The position numbers and the translations under genes are program-made. From an uncultured bacterium (GTDB taxonomy: Bacteria; Desulfobacterota_D; UBA1144; Nemesobacterales; UBA2774), in contig CAWGRW010000009.1 in assembly GCA_963825135.1 (NCBI GenBank), forward strand, positions 1,248,001-1,312,000: 64,000 nucleotides of DNA. The letters are read 5' to 3'. The notes under the pieces are model-generated. The model saw only the letters and a program-made list of their open reading frames with translations, was not told the DNA's origin and did no database searches. Shown here one piece after another: positions 1 to 10,108 of the stretch (positions are counted from its first letter, which is position 1; every line of letters begins with the position of its first letter).

Positions 1-480
1 GTGTTTTAGAAATTTTAATTCGCCCGCGACCTGCTCGACCATCGGTATGCTATCCTTGTCAATAACGATCGACTTCATCTCGGAATAATTGATTATGTAT
101 GCGAGCCTATCGCCCTTCTCGTCCTTGTTTATCGGGACCTGCACTGCGCCTGTTTTGTGGATGGCGAGAATAGAGATTACGTATTCGGAGGAATTCAGCA
201 TATAAATGCCGACCCTGTCCCCCTTCCGTATCTTATATTTGTTTATGAAGCCGTTCGCGACCCGGTTCGCCCAATTATTCGTTTCTTCGTACGTGAAGCT
301 CTCAGTGAGGTTTCCTTCCCTGTCGGCCACTCTGAACATCGTTTTATCGGGAAACGTCCCGGCGCCAGCTTCCAGATATTTCGTAATCGGCTGCCACTCG
401 GATGTATCGTCGAAACTTCCGAAGGGGAGGTGCCCTTTTCCGATGTACTGCTTATCGCGGGGCTTGAAAAGAAGGATCAT
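1..480 (-). CDS. AMP-binding enzyme (acyl-CoA ligase family), N-terminal part, runs off the window edge
   Basis: Not in the ORF track; translated by hand from ATG at 480: MILLFKPRDK...FTYEETNNWANRVANGF...KGDRVGIYMLNSSEYVISILAIHKTGAVQVPIN...LAYIINYSE, typical of an adenylate-forming enzyme N-terminus. AGGAG SD upstream; frame open to base 1. Confidence 0.85.
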   Translation of the reverse strand, partial: MILLFKPRDKQYIGKGHLPFGSFDDTSEWQPITKYLEAGAGTFPDKTMFRVADREGNLTESFTYEETNNWANRVANGFINKYKIRKGDRVGIYMLNSSEYVISILAIHKTGAVQVPINKDEKGDRLAYIINYSEMKSIVIDKDSIPMVEQVAGELKFLKH

Positions 481-608
481 ATCTCGTCTCCTGGTCTCTT
501 ATAGAACGCTTAGGACTATAAAGAATCAGGAGTTTATTTGTCAACCCGCAGGACTATATATATAAGTGTCCGGGTTTTCTCGGTGGTGGGGATACTTCGG
601 GCAGGTTA

Positions 609-1193
609 CTACGCGGGTTTTTGTCTCCGGGCGATAGAAATAAAATTCCTGAGGATGTCCTTACCGTATTTCGTAAGTATGGATTCGGGGTGGAACTGGA
701 CTCCCTCCATGGGGAGCTCTTTATGCCGGATACCCATAATCTCTCCCTCGTCGGTCCACGCGGATATCTCGAAGCAGTCGGGCAGCGTCTCTCTGTCGAC
801 CAGTAACGAATGGTACCTGGTTGCCTCAAATGGGTCGGGGATACCTTTGAATATCCCCTTTCCGTCATGGTGTATCTGCGAGGTTTTTCCGTGGAGGAGC
901 CTCCCCGCCCTCACTATGTCGGCGCCGTAGGCATAGGCCATCGACTGGTGACCGAGGCAGACCCCGAGTATAGGCGTGCGCCCGGCGAATTCCTTAATGA
1001 CGTCGACCGAGACGCCGGCTTCTTTCGGGGTGCACGGGCCCGGGGATACTACAATCATATCCGGGTTGAGCTTGCCCGCGTCCTCGAGCGTGATTTTGTC
1101 GTTCCTGCGGACGACGACCTCCTCGCCCAGCTCGGAGAGGTAATGGACGAGGTTATATGTGAAGGAGTCGTAATTATCTATCATTAATATCAT
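609..1193 (-). CDS. trpG: Anthranilate synthase component II (class I glutamine amidotransferase)
   Basis: [27 protein letters not shown] and GVQFHPES motifs; directly downstream of trpE. Confidence 0.93.
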   Translation of the reverse strand: MILMIDNYDSFTYNLVHYLSELGEEVVVRRNDKITLEDAGKLNPDMIVVSPGPCTPKEAGVSVDVIKEFAGRTPILGVCLGHQSMAYAYGADIVRAGRLLHGKTSQIHHDGKGIFKGIPDPFEATRYHSLLVDRETLPDCFEISAWTDEGEIMGIRHKELPMEGVQFHPESILTKYGKDILRNFISIARRQKPA

Positions 1194-1237
1194 GCTTACA
1201 CCCGATCTTCGATTCAGCCGCTACTGCACTCAGGTAA

Positions 1238-2713
1238 TCAGAGTCCCGACTTTGCGACCTCTATGGCCCTCACGAGGGCTTTCACCTTATTTACCGTCTC
1301 CTGGTATTCCCGCTCGGGGTCGGAATCCGCGACTATTCCCGCTCCCGCCTGTATAAAGATCTCTCCGTCCTTGATTACGAACGTCCGTATCGTTATGCAG
1401 GTGTCCATGTTGCCCGAGAAGCTGAAATACCCGACGGCCCCTCCGTACGCCCCCCTCCTGCTCGGCTCCATTTCCTCTATAATCTCCATTGCCCTCACCT
1501 TCGGTGCGCCCGAAAGCGTTCCGGCGGGAAATGTCGCTTTGACCACGTCGAAGGCGTCCTTGTCGGGCCTGAGCCTGGAAACGACATTAGACACAATATG
1601 CATGACATGCGAATACTTCTCCACCACCATCAGCTCGTCTACCTTTACCGAGCCCGTCTCGGATACCCTTCCGAGGTCGTTTCTCGCGAGATCGACGAGC
1701 ATTATGTGCTCCGCGCACTCCTTGGGGTCCGATAGGAGCTCCTTTTCCAGCTCCTGGTCCTCGCTCTCGGTCTTTCCCCTGGGTTTCGTCCCGGCAATCG
1801 GGCGGCTTTCCACCTCTCCGTCCTCCACCCTCACCATCACCTCGGGCGAAGAACCGACCAGGGTTTCCGTATCCGTCTTAAGGTAGAACATATACGGCGA
1901 CGGGTTCAGCACCCTGAGCGCCCTGTAGAGGTCAAAGGGATCGACGTCCAGCTCCGTTTTCCACCTCTGGGATATGACCGCCTGAATTATATCCCCCGCC
2001 GTGATGTATTCCTTTGTTTTCTTCACCGCTTCCCTGTAATCCCCGGGTTTGAAATTAGATACGAGTTTCGGCTCTCCGTTCTTCCCCGCGCGCTCCTTAT
2101 TATAGAAGCTCAGCGGTTTTCTAAGCTTCTTTATTATATCTTCTATCTTCTCCACGGCCCCGTTGTAGGCGTCCTCGGCCTTCTCCGGGCTGGAGACGTA
2201 GGCGTTGTAAATTATCTTGATCTTATGGCTGACGTTGTCGAAAACGAGCACGGAGTCGGTAATCATGTAGAGCGAGTCCCAGAGCCCTAACTCGTCCTTT
2301 TTCAAATCGGGAAGGTCTTCCACGAACCTCACTATGTCATAGCTGAAATAGCCCACGGCTCCCCCGTGAAACCTCGGAAGCTCATCCGTATGCACCGGTT
2401 TATACCTGGACATGAGGTCCCTCAGGCAGTCGATAGGGTTCCCCTTTACCTTTTTCGATTTGCCGTCCTCAATGATCTCGATATCCTGACCCTTCGACCT
2501 GAATATAATGGACGGCTCAGTCCCCAGGAAGCTGTATCTGCCCCATTTCTCGCCCCCCTCCACGCTTTCGAGGAGGAACGCATAGTCCCCTGATTCGATC
2601 TTCCTGAATGCAGAGACGGGCGTGTCGAAATCGGCCAGAACCTCTTTCCACACGGGTATGAGGTTGCCCTTTTTTAATTTCTTTCTGAATTCGTCGAGAG
2701 ACGGAAAAATCAT
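1238..2713 (-). CDS. trpE: Anthranilate synthase component I
   Basis: LLESVEGGEKWGRYS, NPSPYM, PIAGT, EHIMLVDLARND, FPAGTLSGAPK and QAGAGIVADS motifs. Start placed at MIFPSL (2713) rather than the track's 2749. Confidence 0.93.
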   Translation of the reverse strand: MIFPSLDEFRKKLKKGNLIPVWKEVLADFDTPVSAFRKIESGDYAFLLESVEGGEKWGRYSFLGTEPSIIFRSKGQDIEIIEDGKSKKVKGNPIDCLRDLMSRYKPVHTDELPRFHGGAVGYFSYDIVRFVEDLPDLKKDELGLWDSLYMITDSVLVFDNVSHKIKIIYNAYVSSPEKAEDAYNGAVEKIEDIIKKLRKPLSFYNKERAGKNGEPKLVSNFKPGDYREAVKKTKEYITAGDIIQAVISQRWKTELDVDPFDLYRALRVLNPSPYMFYLKTDTETLVGSSPEVMVRVEDGEVESRPIAGTKPRGKTESEDQELEKELLSDPKECAEHIMLVDLARNDLGRVSETGSVKVDELMVVEKYSHVMHIVSNVVSRLRPDKDAFDVVKATFPAGTLSGAPKVRAMEIIEEMEPSRRGAYGGAVGYFSFSGNMDTCITIRTFVIKDGEIFIQAGAGIVADSDPEREYQETVNKVKALVRAIEVAKSGL

Positions 2714-2895
2714 GGGAACAAAGAATAAAAGCCGCAGTATCAATGTCAAGCCGCACCTTTAAATGCTCTCTCTTTGTTGTATCATCTATCACTTATTTTT
2801 TTTAGAGCGCGAAGGAAACCAAAATTAAGGTTAATGCGTTATCATTAATTGCTTTCGCGTATCATAGTTAATTCAAAGGATCGGAGGTTCGCGTT

Positions 2896-4263
2896 ATGGC
2901 TTTCATAAACCCCCAGATATTCAGGGAATACGATATAAGAGGGATCGTCGATAAGGACCTCAATGAGGATGTGCTCGAAAGGATAGGCAGGGCGTACGGG
3001 ACGTATATAAAAGAGTTCGGAGCGGGAGTCGTTTCGATAGGCAGGGACTGCAGGCTTAGCTCGCCCGCTTATTCGAAAGCCATGACGAGGGGCATCAATT
3101 CTACAGGCGTCGACGTAATCGATATAGGCATGGTCTCGACCCCGATGCTCTACTTCTCTCTTTACAACCTGGACGTCGGGGGAGGCGTCATGATTACCGC
3201 GAGCCATAACCCGGGTGAGTATAACGGTATAAAACTCTGCCGCGGCAGGGATTCCGTATTCGGTGCGCAGATACAGAAGATAAGGGAGATGGCCGAAGCC
3301 GGGGAATTCGCATCGGGAAAAGGATCTTCGACGGAGGCCGATCTAGAGGAGCGGTACGTGAGTTTCCTCAGAGAGAACATAGACATCAGGCCCGGTCTCA
3401 GGGCCGTCGTCGATTACGGGAACGGAATGGTGGGCGCAATCGGCCCACGCGTGTTCAGGGAATTCGGCTGCGACGTCAGGGAGCTCTACGTGACGCCTGA
3501 CGGGACGTTCCCCAATCACCACCCGGACCCGACCGTGGAGGAGAACCTCGCTCAATTGATCGAAACCCTTAAGAGCGGCAAGTACGAGCTCGGCATCGGT
3601 TTCGACGGGGACGGGGACAGGATCGGGGTAGTCGACGAAAAGGGCAATATCGTATGGGGGGACATGCTTGTGCTCGTCTTCGCCAGGGACGTCATCTCCG
3701 GAAAGCCGGGCGCCAAGATCATAGGCGACGTAAAGTGCTCGAACCGCCTCTTTGAGGGCATTACGGATGCAGGGGGAGAAGCGATAATGTGGAAGACGGG
3801 GCATTCCCTTATCAAAGACAAGATGAAGGCCGAAAATGCGTCCCTCGCGGGCGAGATGAGCGGGCACATCTTTTTCGCGGATAAATTCTTCGGATACGAC
3901 GACGCGCTCTATGCATCCCTTCGCATACTCGAAATTATATCCAGGACCGGGAAGAGCATGTCTCAATTACTGGAAGGAATACCGCCCGCGATCTCCACGC
4001 CAGAGATCCGGGTGGATTGCCCCGAGGAGATCAAATTCCGGGTCGTGGAGATGGTGAAAGCGGAGCTCGGAAAGGCCTGCAGGATTATCGATATAGACGG
4101 CGTGAGGATTGAATTTCCCGACGGATGGGGTCTGATCCGGGCCTCAAACACGCAGCCGGCGCTGGTACTGAGGTTCGAGGCTCGTAGCGAGGAGAGGCTT
4201 CGGGAGATAAGGGCGCTCATAGAGAGCGAACTGAATTCGGCTATGATTAAATTGTCCGCTTAA
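2896..4263 (+). CDS. Phosphomannomutase/phosphoglucomutase
   Basis: FREYDIRG, TASHNP (phosphoserine loop), FDGDGDR, GEMSGH and RASNT motifs. Confidence 0.93.
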   Translation: MAFINPQIFREYDIRGIVDKDLNEDVLERIGRAYGTYIKEFGAGVVSIGRDCRLSSPAYSKAMTRGINSTGVDVIDIGMVSTPMLYFSLYNLDVGGGVMITASHNPGEYNGIKLCRGRDSVFGAQIQKIREMAEAGEFASGKGSSTEADLEERYVSFLRENIDIRPGLRAVVDYGNGMVGAIGPRVFREFGCDVRELYVTPDGTFPNHHPDPTVEENLAQLIETLKSGKYELGIGFDGDGDRIGVVDEKGNIVWGDMLVLVFARDVISGKPGAKIIGDVKCSNRLFEGITDAGGEAIMWKTGHSLIKDKMKAENASLAGEMSGHIFFADKFFGYDDALYASLRILEIISRTGKSMSQLLEGIPPAISTPEIRVDCPEEIKFRVVEMVKAELGKACRIIDIDGVRIEFPDGWGLIRASNTQPALVLRFEARSEERLREIRALIESELNSAMIKLSA

Positions 4264-4272
4264 TACGGGCGA

Positions 4273-4506
4273 CTATATCACGTTCTCTTTGGCGTTACCG
4301 GCGTTGTTCTCGTGGCTCTTGAGTGAAAAGTATATCCGCTCGAACTCGTGCTTGGCTATTATGCCTTTTTCGAAAAGAGCGCCTACGAGCGTCCATGTAA
4401 AGCTTTTTTCGTCTATTTCGATTCCGCTGTTTCTCAGTATCACCGTTATGGCGTCAACGGATTCTTGAGCCGAGAATTCTCCATACTCCGTCCTGAAGTT
4501 CATCAT
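4273..4506 (-). CDS. Small hypothetical protein
   Basis: 77-aa ORF with AAGGAGG SD upstream, fills an intergenic gap; no family recognised. Confidence 0.6.
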   Translation of the reverse strand: MMNFRTEYGEFSAQESVDAITVILRNSGIEIDEKSFTWTLVGALFEKGIIAKHEFERIYFSLKSHENNAGNAKENVI

Positions 4507-4694
4507 CCGTTCCTCCTTTAAAGACAGTGGAAGCCAACGCCTTCGGTTCCTATTCGTTTATATAACTTATTTGAATCCGTGTCAAGGGTTAATGATAGGG
4601 CCGTATGGGGCAAGGTGGCTGATAATTCTTTAGCGCTCGGGCGTTATGGCGGGGGGTTCGGATCGCCGGCGGTCGCGCGGGCGGCGTTCGGTCG

Positions 4695-5840
4695 TCACTC
4701 CCGGCTTCTTTTGAGCCGCCCTAATTCTCCAAGTATGGATTCCAGGTTCTCCACGCTGATTTCATATTCCTCTGAAATTCGTTTGAGCTCCCTTGCCGGG
4801 AGGTCGGGGTCTTGTGTATGAGCGCCGTTTGCCGTGATCTCGGGCTCCCAGGGGCCTTCCCTTAATGATAGCTGCGCTATATCCCAGCGCGAGTAATGCC
4901 CCAGGGAATCGAATATCGCTTTTACCGCCTTTATCTGGTTCGCATGGCATTCGGCATAGAGTATGGCGTCCTTTTCGAAATTGGGCTCGGCGAGATACCT
5001 CCCGGCCGGGTTGACTATCGAGCTCCCGCCCCGCGCCCAGTCGAAGTTGATATGGTCTCCGTCCCTTATATAGTGCCACCTCTCGGGAAAATCGTCCGAG
5101 TCCAGGTACCCGCAGCCGCTCAGTACGAAGGCCCCCGCCTCAAAGGCGTGCACCTTTATTAAGGACTGAAGATTGCACTGCGCTCCGCCGGGGCTCGTGT
5201 CCGCAACGAGCAGCTGTGTCTCGCCCCTTTTCCAGTTTCCGGGCCATACGGCCACATGGAACTCGACGCCCCTGTGAATCATGGCGGCCCTTATGAGGGT
5301 CATGTGGTTTTCCCAGCATATAAGCCCTCCGATGCGCCCTATATCGGTGTCGAATACCCTTATGTCGGACGCGTCGCCCATGCCCCAGTATATCCTCTCG
5401 GTATACGTGGGCATCGTCTTCCTGTGCCTCCCCATCACCTCGCCGTTCTTGTCTATAAAGAGGAGCGTGTTATATATGGTCTGGCTCCCCGGCCTGTCGT
5501 CGAGCTCGTTACACCCTATCACGACGTAAGCCCCCGCGTCCCTGGCCGCTTCCCCCAGTATCCTCGTATCGTCGCTCGGTATGACGAGCGAATTCTCCTG
5601 GAGCGCGATCATATAGTCGGTCCATTCGTGAGGGGGCGTTTCGTACCCGACCGTGTAGTATGCGGGATAGCCCGGAATGAAGGCCTCGGAGAACGCGATA
5701 ATCTCGGCGTGGTTTCTTCCCGCGTCCCTTATGAGCGCGCACGCCTTTTCTATGGTCTTACCCTTGTCCATGAAAACAGGGGAAGCCTGAACGACCGCGG
5801 CCTTTACCTTCTCTCTCCCGCCGAGAATTGTTTTGCTCAT
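4695..5840 (-). CDS. Nitrilase (carbon-nitrogen hydrolase family)
   Basis: Glu-Lys-Cys triad contexts FSEAFIPGYP, HRKTMPTYTER and GGLICWENHM; C-terminal DSLGHYSR. Confidence 0.9.
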   Translation of the reverse strand: MSKTILGGREKVKAAVVQASPVFMDKGKTIEKACALIRDAGRNHAEIIAFSEAFIPGYPAYYTVGYETPPHEWTDYMIALQENSLVIPSDDTRILGEAARDAGAYVVIGCNELDDRPGSQTIYNTLLFIDKNGEVMGRHRKTMPTYTERIYWGMGDASDIRVFDTDIGRIGGLICWENHMTLIRAAMIHRGVEFHVAVWPGNWKRGETQLLVADTSPGGAQCNLQSLIKVHAFEAGAFVLSGCGYLDSDDFPERWHYIRDGDHINFDWARGGSSIVNPAGRYLAEPNFEKDAILYAECHANQIKAVKAIFDSLGHYSRWDIAQLSLREGPWEPEITANGAHTQDPDLPARELKRISEEYEISVENLESILGELGRLKRSRE

Positions 5841-5855
5841 ATTATCCGCTCCCGT

Positions 5856-6248
5856 TTACGGGGTTATAATGGTTCCCCCGGGGCTGCCTTGAGAAGACAT
5901 CTGCTGCTGTGTCTTTACGGCCCTCATCTCTATCAAATCCAGGAGCCTGTTCTTGAACTCCTCGTCGTATGCGCATACGGAAGGAATTATGTATCCTAGG
6001 AGGGCGATCTGGAGGAAATACTCGGTATTGGCTCTCAGGAAATCGTCCTGGAACCTATTTCCGTAAACCTGAGAAAGGTTCATATAAATTGTGGTTCCCA
6101 TATCCTCGACTGCCTCGGTGACGCTCTTTATCCCTCCCGTCTGCTGGTTATACGAAACCCCCAGGTTAAAGGCCATTAATATGGAGTTCGCGATGTTTCC
6201 GAGCTCGTTCTGCTGCCCGCCGACCGGGGGCTGTTCCTGATCTGTCAT
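5856..6248 (-). CDS. Hypothetical protein
   Basis: 130-aa ORF with AAGGAGGT SD, 15 bp upstream of the nitrilase on the same strand. Confidence 0.7.
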   Translation of the reverse strand: MTDQEQPPVGGQQNELGNIANSILMAFNLGVSYNQQTGGIKSVTEAVEDMGTTIYMNLSQVYGNRFQDDFLRANTEYFLQIALLGYIIPSVCAYDEEFKNRLLDLIEMRAVKTQQQMSSQGSPGGTIITP

Positions 6249-6414
6249 CTCTCTACCTCCTTCATTTTCAAAGGCTCTATTCTAACACAGATTGATTTCA
6301 AAACCGAAAGTACTTTCCGGGCCCCGTATAATTTTACGTCCGGTTACGGATTTAGTTGATTTGGAATTTTAAAAGTGTAAAAGTATTTAGAACTGTAAGA
6401 CTGGAGGAATTGCC

Positions 6415-8109
6415 ATGGCGAGTGTGGAAGGAGGACGGCTTGTAGCGAGGACCCTTTACGAGCTGGGCGTCAGGGAGATATTCTCCCTCGGCGGCGGGCA
6501 CATCAATCCGATTTATCACGCGTGCTCCGATGTCGGGATAAGGATAATAGACACCCATCACGAGCAGGGGGCGTCCATGGCCGCCGATGCGTACGGGAGG
6601 GTCAAGAGGAAGCCGGGCGTATGTCTCGTGACGGCGGGTCCGGGGTTTACGAATACGATTACCGGAATAGCGGGCGCTTATCTGGCGAATTCCCCTTTAA
6701 TGGTTATATCGGGCCGTTCCGGCGTGGAGGAGAACGACAGGCTGTCGCTCCAGGAGATAGACCAGCAGGGGATGGCCGCTCCCGTTACCAAGTGGGCGAG
6801 GACGATATACGATACGAAGCGTATCCCCGAATACATAGCGTCTGCGTACAAGAAGGCCCTGACCGGGAGACCGGGGCCAGTTTACCTAGGGATGTCCTAC
6901 GAGGTCCTCTACCCCGAATGCGAGGAAAGCGGGGTTTCGGCTTACAACACCGATATCCCGTTTTATAAGGCAGGCGCGTCGAAAGAGTCGGTCGCGAGGT
7001 TTGCCGAATTGCTGATGCATTCAAAGAAACCGGTCGCCGTCGCGGGGAGCGGCGCCTGGTATTCGGAGGCGGATAAAGAGCTGTCGAGGTTTATTGAGAG
7101 GGCGGGAATGCCCGTGTACACGCTCAACTTCGGGCGCGGCATCATCTCGGACGACCATCCGCTGTGTTTCGGCGCCGCGAGCCCGTCGGCCCCGAACGCG
7201 TTTAAAGAGATCACGCGCGAGGCCGACCTGATACTCCTCCTCGGCGTGAGGCTCGGTATCTACATCGGCTTCGGTAAGACGTTCAACCCCGATGCGAAGA
7301 TAGTCCAGATCGACATCGACCCGGGCGAGATAGGCAGGAACAGGCCGGCCCATCTGGGCATAGCTGGGGATCTCTCGACGGTACTGTCGGAGCTTTCGGA
7401 TTACATGGAGGCGCGCTCTAACGCGCCCGATTACTCGGCCTGGCTGAACAGGGCGGCGGGGCTCAGCCGGGAGAGATGGAAGGAGGCCGAGAAGCTCAGG
7501 ACTTCGTCTAAAACCCCCATACACCCCGTCAGGGTGGCGAAGGCGGTCGAGGAGGTTATTGGGGAAGAAGGCATACTCGTCATAGACGGGGGCGACACAC
7601 AGGCCTGGACGGACGGCAGTTATAGGGTGAGAAGGCCGGGGCATTATGTGAAAGGCGGTCCGCTCGGGTGTATGGGGGTGGGCGTGCCGTTCGCCATAGG
7701 AGCAAAAGTCGCGAGACCCGATAAACAGGTGGCGCTCATCACCGGCGACGGCGCCCTCGGCATGAACTTCATGGAGTTCGAGACCGCGCTCAGGCACGGG
7801 CTGCCCTTCGTCGCCGTCGTGTGCAACGACAGCGCATGGGGGATGACCAGGCATCAGATAGATATAACGTACGGGAAGGGCTCTAAGGCAGAGGGTGTCG
7901 AGCTCGGGTTCATTCCCTTTCACGAGGTGCTGAGGGCCTTAGGCGGGTACGGCGAGCTTATAGACGATCCTCACGAGCTTGAGCCCGCGGTAGGTAGGGC
8001 CTTTTCTTCTGGCGTCCCCGCCATCATAAACGTCGTCACCGATCCCGAAGCGGTGAGCGGAGCGACATACGCTATAACCGAGATGATGATGTCCGCGAAA
8101 AATAAGTGA
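6415..8109 (+). CDS. Thiamine-pyrophosphate-dependent enzyme (acetolactate synthase / 2-hydroxyacyl-CoA lyase-like)
   Basis: HEQGASMAADAYGR, VTAGPG and TPP motif GDGALG...NDSAWG; GGAGG SD. Substrate cannot be determined from sequence. Confidence 0.88.
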   Translation: MASVEGGRLVARTLYELGVREIFSLGGGHINPIYHACSDVGIRIIDTHHEQGASMAADAYGRVKRKPGVCLVTAGPGFTNTITGIAGAYLANSPLMVISGRSGVEENDRLSLQEIDQQGMAAPVTKWARTIYDTKRIPEYIASAYKKALTGRPGPVYLGMSYEVLYPECEESGVSAYNTDIPFYKAGASKESVARFAELLMHSKKPVAVAGSGAWYSEADKELSRFIERAGMPVYTLNFGRGIISDDHPLCFGAASPSAPNAFKEITREADLILLLGVRLGIYIGFGKTFNPDAKIVQIDIDPGEIGRNRPAHLGIAGDLSTVLSELSDYMEARSNAPDYSAWLNRAAGLSRERWKEAEKLRTSSKTPIHPVRVAKAVEEVIGEEGILVIDGGDTQAWTDGSYRVRRPGHYVKGGPLGCMGVGVPFAIGAKVARPDKQVALITGDGALGMNFMEFETALRHGLPFVAVVCNDSAWGMTRHQIDITYGKGSKAEGVELGFIPFHEVLRALGGYGELIDDPHELEPAVGRAFSSGVPAIINVVTDPEAVSGATYAITEMMMSAKNK

Positions 8110-8144
8110 AACTCGACTCCGTGTGACGATCTGGAAGGTGTTTT

Positions 8145-9938
8145 CTAAGTCTTCAGCACGGCAAGGAACGCTTCCTGGGGTATTTCGATCTTGCCTATTT
8201 GTTTTAAGCGCTTTTTGCCTTTCTTCTGTTTTTCGAGGAGCTTTCTTTTCCTCGTTACGTCACCGCCGTAGCATTTGGCTGTCACGTCCTTTCTCAACGC
8301 CTTGACCGACTCGCGCGCTATTATCCTGTTCCCTATGGCCGCCTGGATCACTACTTCATAGAGTTGTCTGGGGATGAGCGACCGGAGCTTCGCTATAAGG
8401 TCTCTCGCTCTTTCATTCACCTTTTCCTTGTGCACTATAATCGACAGCGCGTCGACGGCGTCGCCGTTCACCAGAACGTCCAGTTTTATAAGGTCCGATT
8501 CCTTATACCCCGCCGGCTCGTAGTCCATCGAGGCGTATCCCTTCGAAACGGATTTCAGTTTGTCGTAGAAGTCGAACACTATCTCCGAGAGCGGCATCTC
8601 GTATTCCACTATGACCCTGTCCTGGGTTACGTATCTTATATCGCGCTGGATGCCCCGTTTTTTTATGCACAGGTCGAAAATCGCCCCCAGATATTTACCG
8701 GGCGTATGCAGAGAGACCAGGACGTAGGGCTCTTCGACCATCTCCAGCCTGTCGGGGGTAGGGAGCTCGCTCGGATTATCGACGTAAAATACCTCTCTCT
8801 TTTTATCGGTAGCCCTGTATATCACTGTCGGCGCGGTCGTTATAAGCTCGAGCTCGAACTCCCGCTCGAGTCTCTCCTTTACAATCTCCATGTGAAGGAG
8901 TCCCAGGAACCCGCAGCGGAAACCGAAACCCAGGGCTATCGACGTTTCCGGTTCGTATACCAGGGACGAATCGTTTAGCCCCAATTTCTCAAGCGCTTCC
9001 CTGAGCCTGTCGTAGTCGCTGGGTTCTATCGGATAAAGACCGCTGAATACCATGGGTTTCATGACGCGGAATCCGGCCAGAGGTCTCTTGGTCGGGTTCG
9101 AGTCGCTCGTAATCGTATCCCCTACCTTAGCCTCGCTTATGTCTTTTATTGATGCCGATACGAAACCCACCTCTCCGGTCGTGAGCTCATCCACTTCTAT
9201 CGCCCGCGGCGAGAAGACGCCGATTTTTTTTATCTCGAACGGTTTGCCGGTGGACACGAACCTGATCCGCTCGCCGAGCTTGATCTTCCCCTCGAATACC
9301 CTTATCAGCATTACGACGCCCTGGTAGGAGTCGAACCAGCTGTCGAAGATCAGGGCGTTTAGGGGCAGATGCGAATTGTCGGGGGGCGGGGGGACGTTCT
9401 TCACGATCGATTCGAGAATCTCTTTCGTGCCGATCCCCTCCTTTGCGCTCGCGAGAATCGCTTCTTCGGCGCTTATGCCGATTACTTCCTCGATCTCCGT
9501 CTTCACCCTCTCCGGGTCCGCCGCCGGCAGGTCTATCTTGTTTATTACGGGTATGAGCTCCAGCCCCGAATCGGAAGCCAGGTACGCGTTCGCCACCGTC
9601 TGGGCCTCGACTCCCTGCGAGGCGTCGACTACGAGAAGCGCCCCTTCGCAGGCCATCAGACTCCTCGAGACCTCGTAGCTGAAATCCACGTGCCCCGGTG
9701 TATCTATGAGGTTAAACTCGTATCTGATCCCGTCGTCGGCGTTGTAATGAATCCTCACGGCCTGGGCTTTGATGGTTATGCCCCTTTCCTTCTCGATCTC
9801 CATGTTGTCGAGAAACTGCTCCGTCCTGTCCCTTTCGCTCAGGGTCCCGGTGAATTCAAGCAGCCTGTCCGCAAGCGTAGACTTGCCGTGGTCCACGTGC
9901 GCTATGATAGAAAAATTCCTTATATATTTGGATTCCAT
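8145..9938 (-). CDS. lepA: Elongation factor 4 (LepA)
   Basis: [48 protein letters not shown] and [18 protein letters not shown]. Confidence 0.98.
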   Translation of the reverse strand: MESKYIRNFSIIAHVDHGKSTLADRLLEFTGTLSERDRTEQFLDNMEIEKERGITIKAQAVRIHYNADDGIRYEFNLIDTPGHVDFSYEVSRSLMACEGALLVVDASQGVEAQTVANAYLASDSGLELIPVINKIDLPAADPERVKTEIEEVIGISAEEAILASAKEGIGTKEILESIVKNVPPPPDNSHLPLNALIFDSWFDSYQGVVMLIRVFEGKIKLGERIRFVSTGKPFEIKKIGVFSPRAIEVDELTTGEVGFVSASIKDISEAKVGDTITSDSNPTKRPLAGFRVMKPMVFSGLYPIEPSDYDRLREALEKLGLNDSSLVYEPETSIALGFGFRCGFLGLLHMEIVKERLEREFELELITTAPTVIYRATDKKREVFYVDNPSELPTPDRLEMVEEPYVLVSLHTPGKYLGAIFDLCIKKRGIQRDIRYVTQDRVIVEYEMPLSEIVFDFYDKLKSVSKGYASMDYEPAGYKESDLIKLDVLVNGDAVDALSIIVHKEKVNERARDLIAKLRSLIPRQLYEVVIQAAIGNRIIARESVKALRKDVTAKCYGGDVTRKRKLLEKQKKGKKRLKQIGKIEIPQEAFLAVLKT

Positions 9939-10108
9939 ATGATTGTGCTGAAATATAGCCCGAGATCGCGGGAAAGAACGTAGTATATAGGAAAAGCGAT
10001 TATATTCAACCTGGACCCGGAATTCGCGGCCGAAGCGGGATTGTCGTATTTGGCTGCGGAAGCTGCCGGTAAAATTAAATTTTTTACAGTGATGCCGTTA
10101 AGTTGTCG

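Noticed and set aside
157..565. Plus-strand ORFs 157-504 and 206-565
   Set aside because: Shadows of the minus-strand AMP-binding gene at 1-480.
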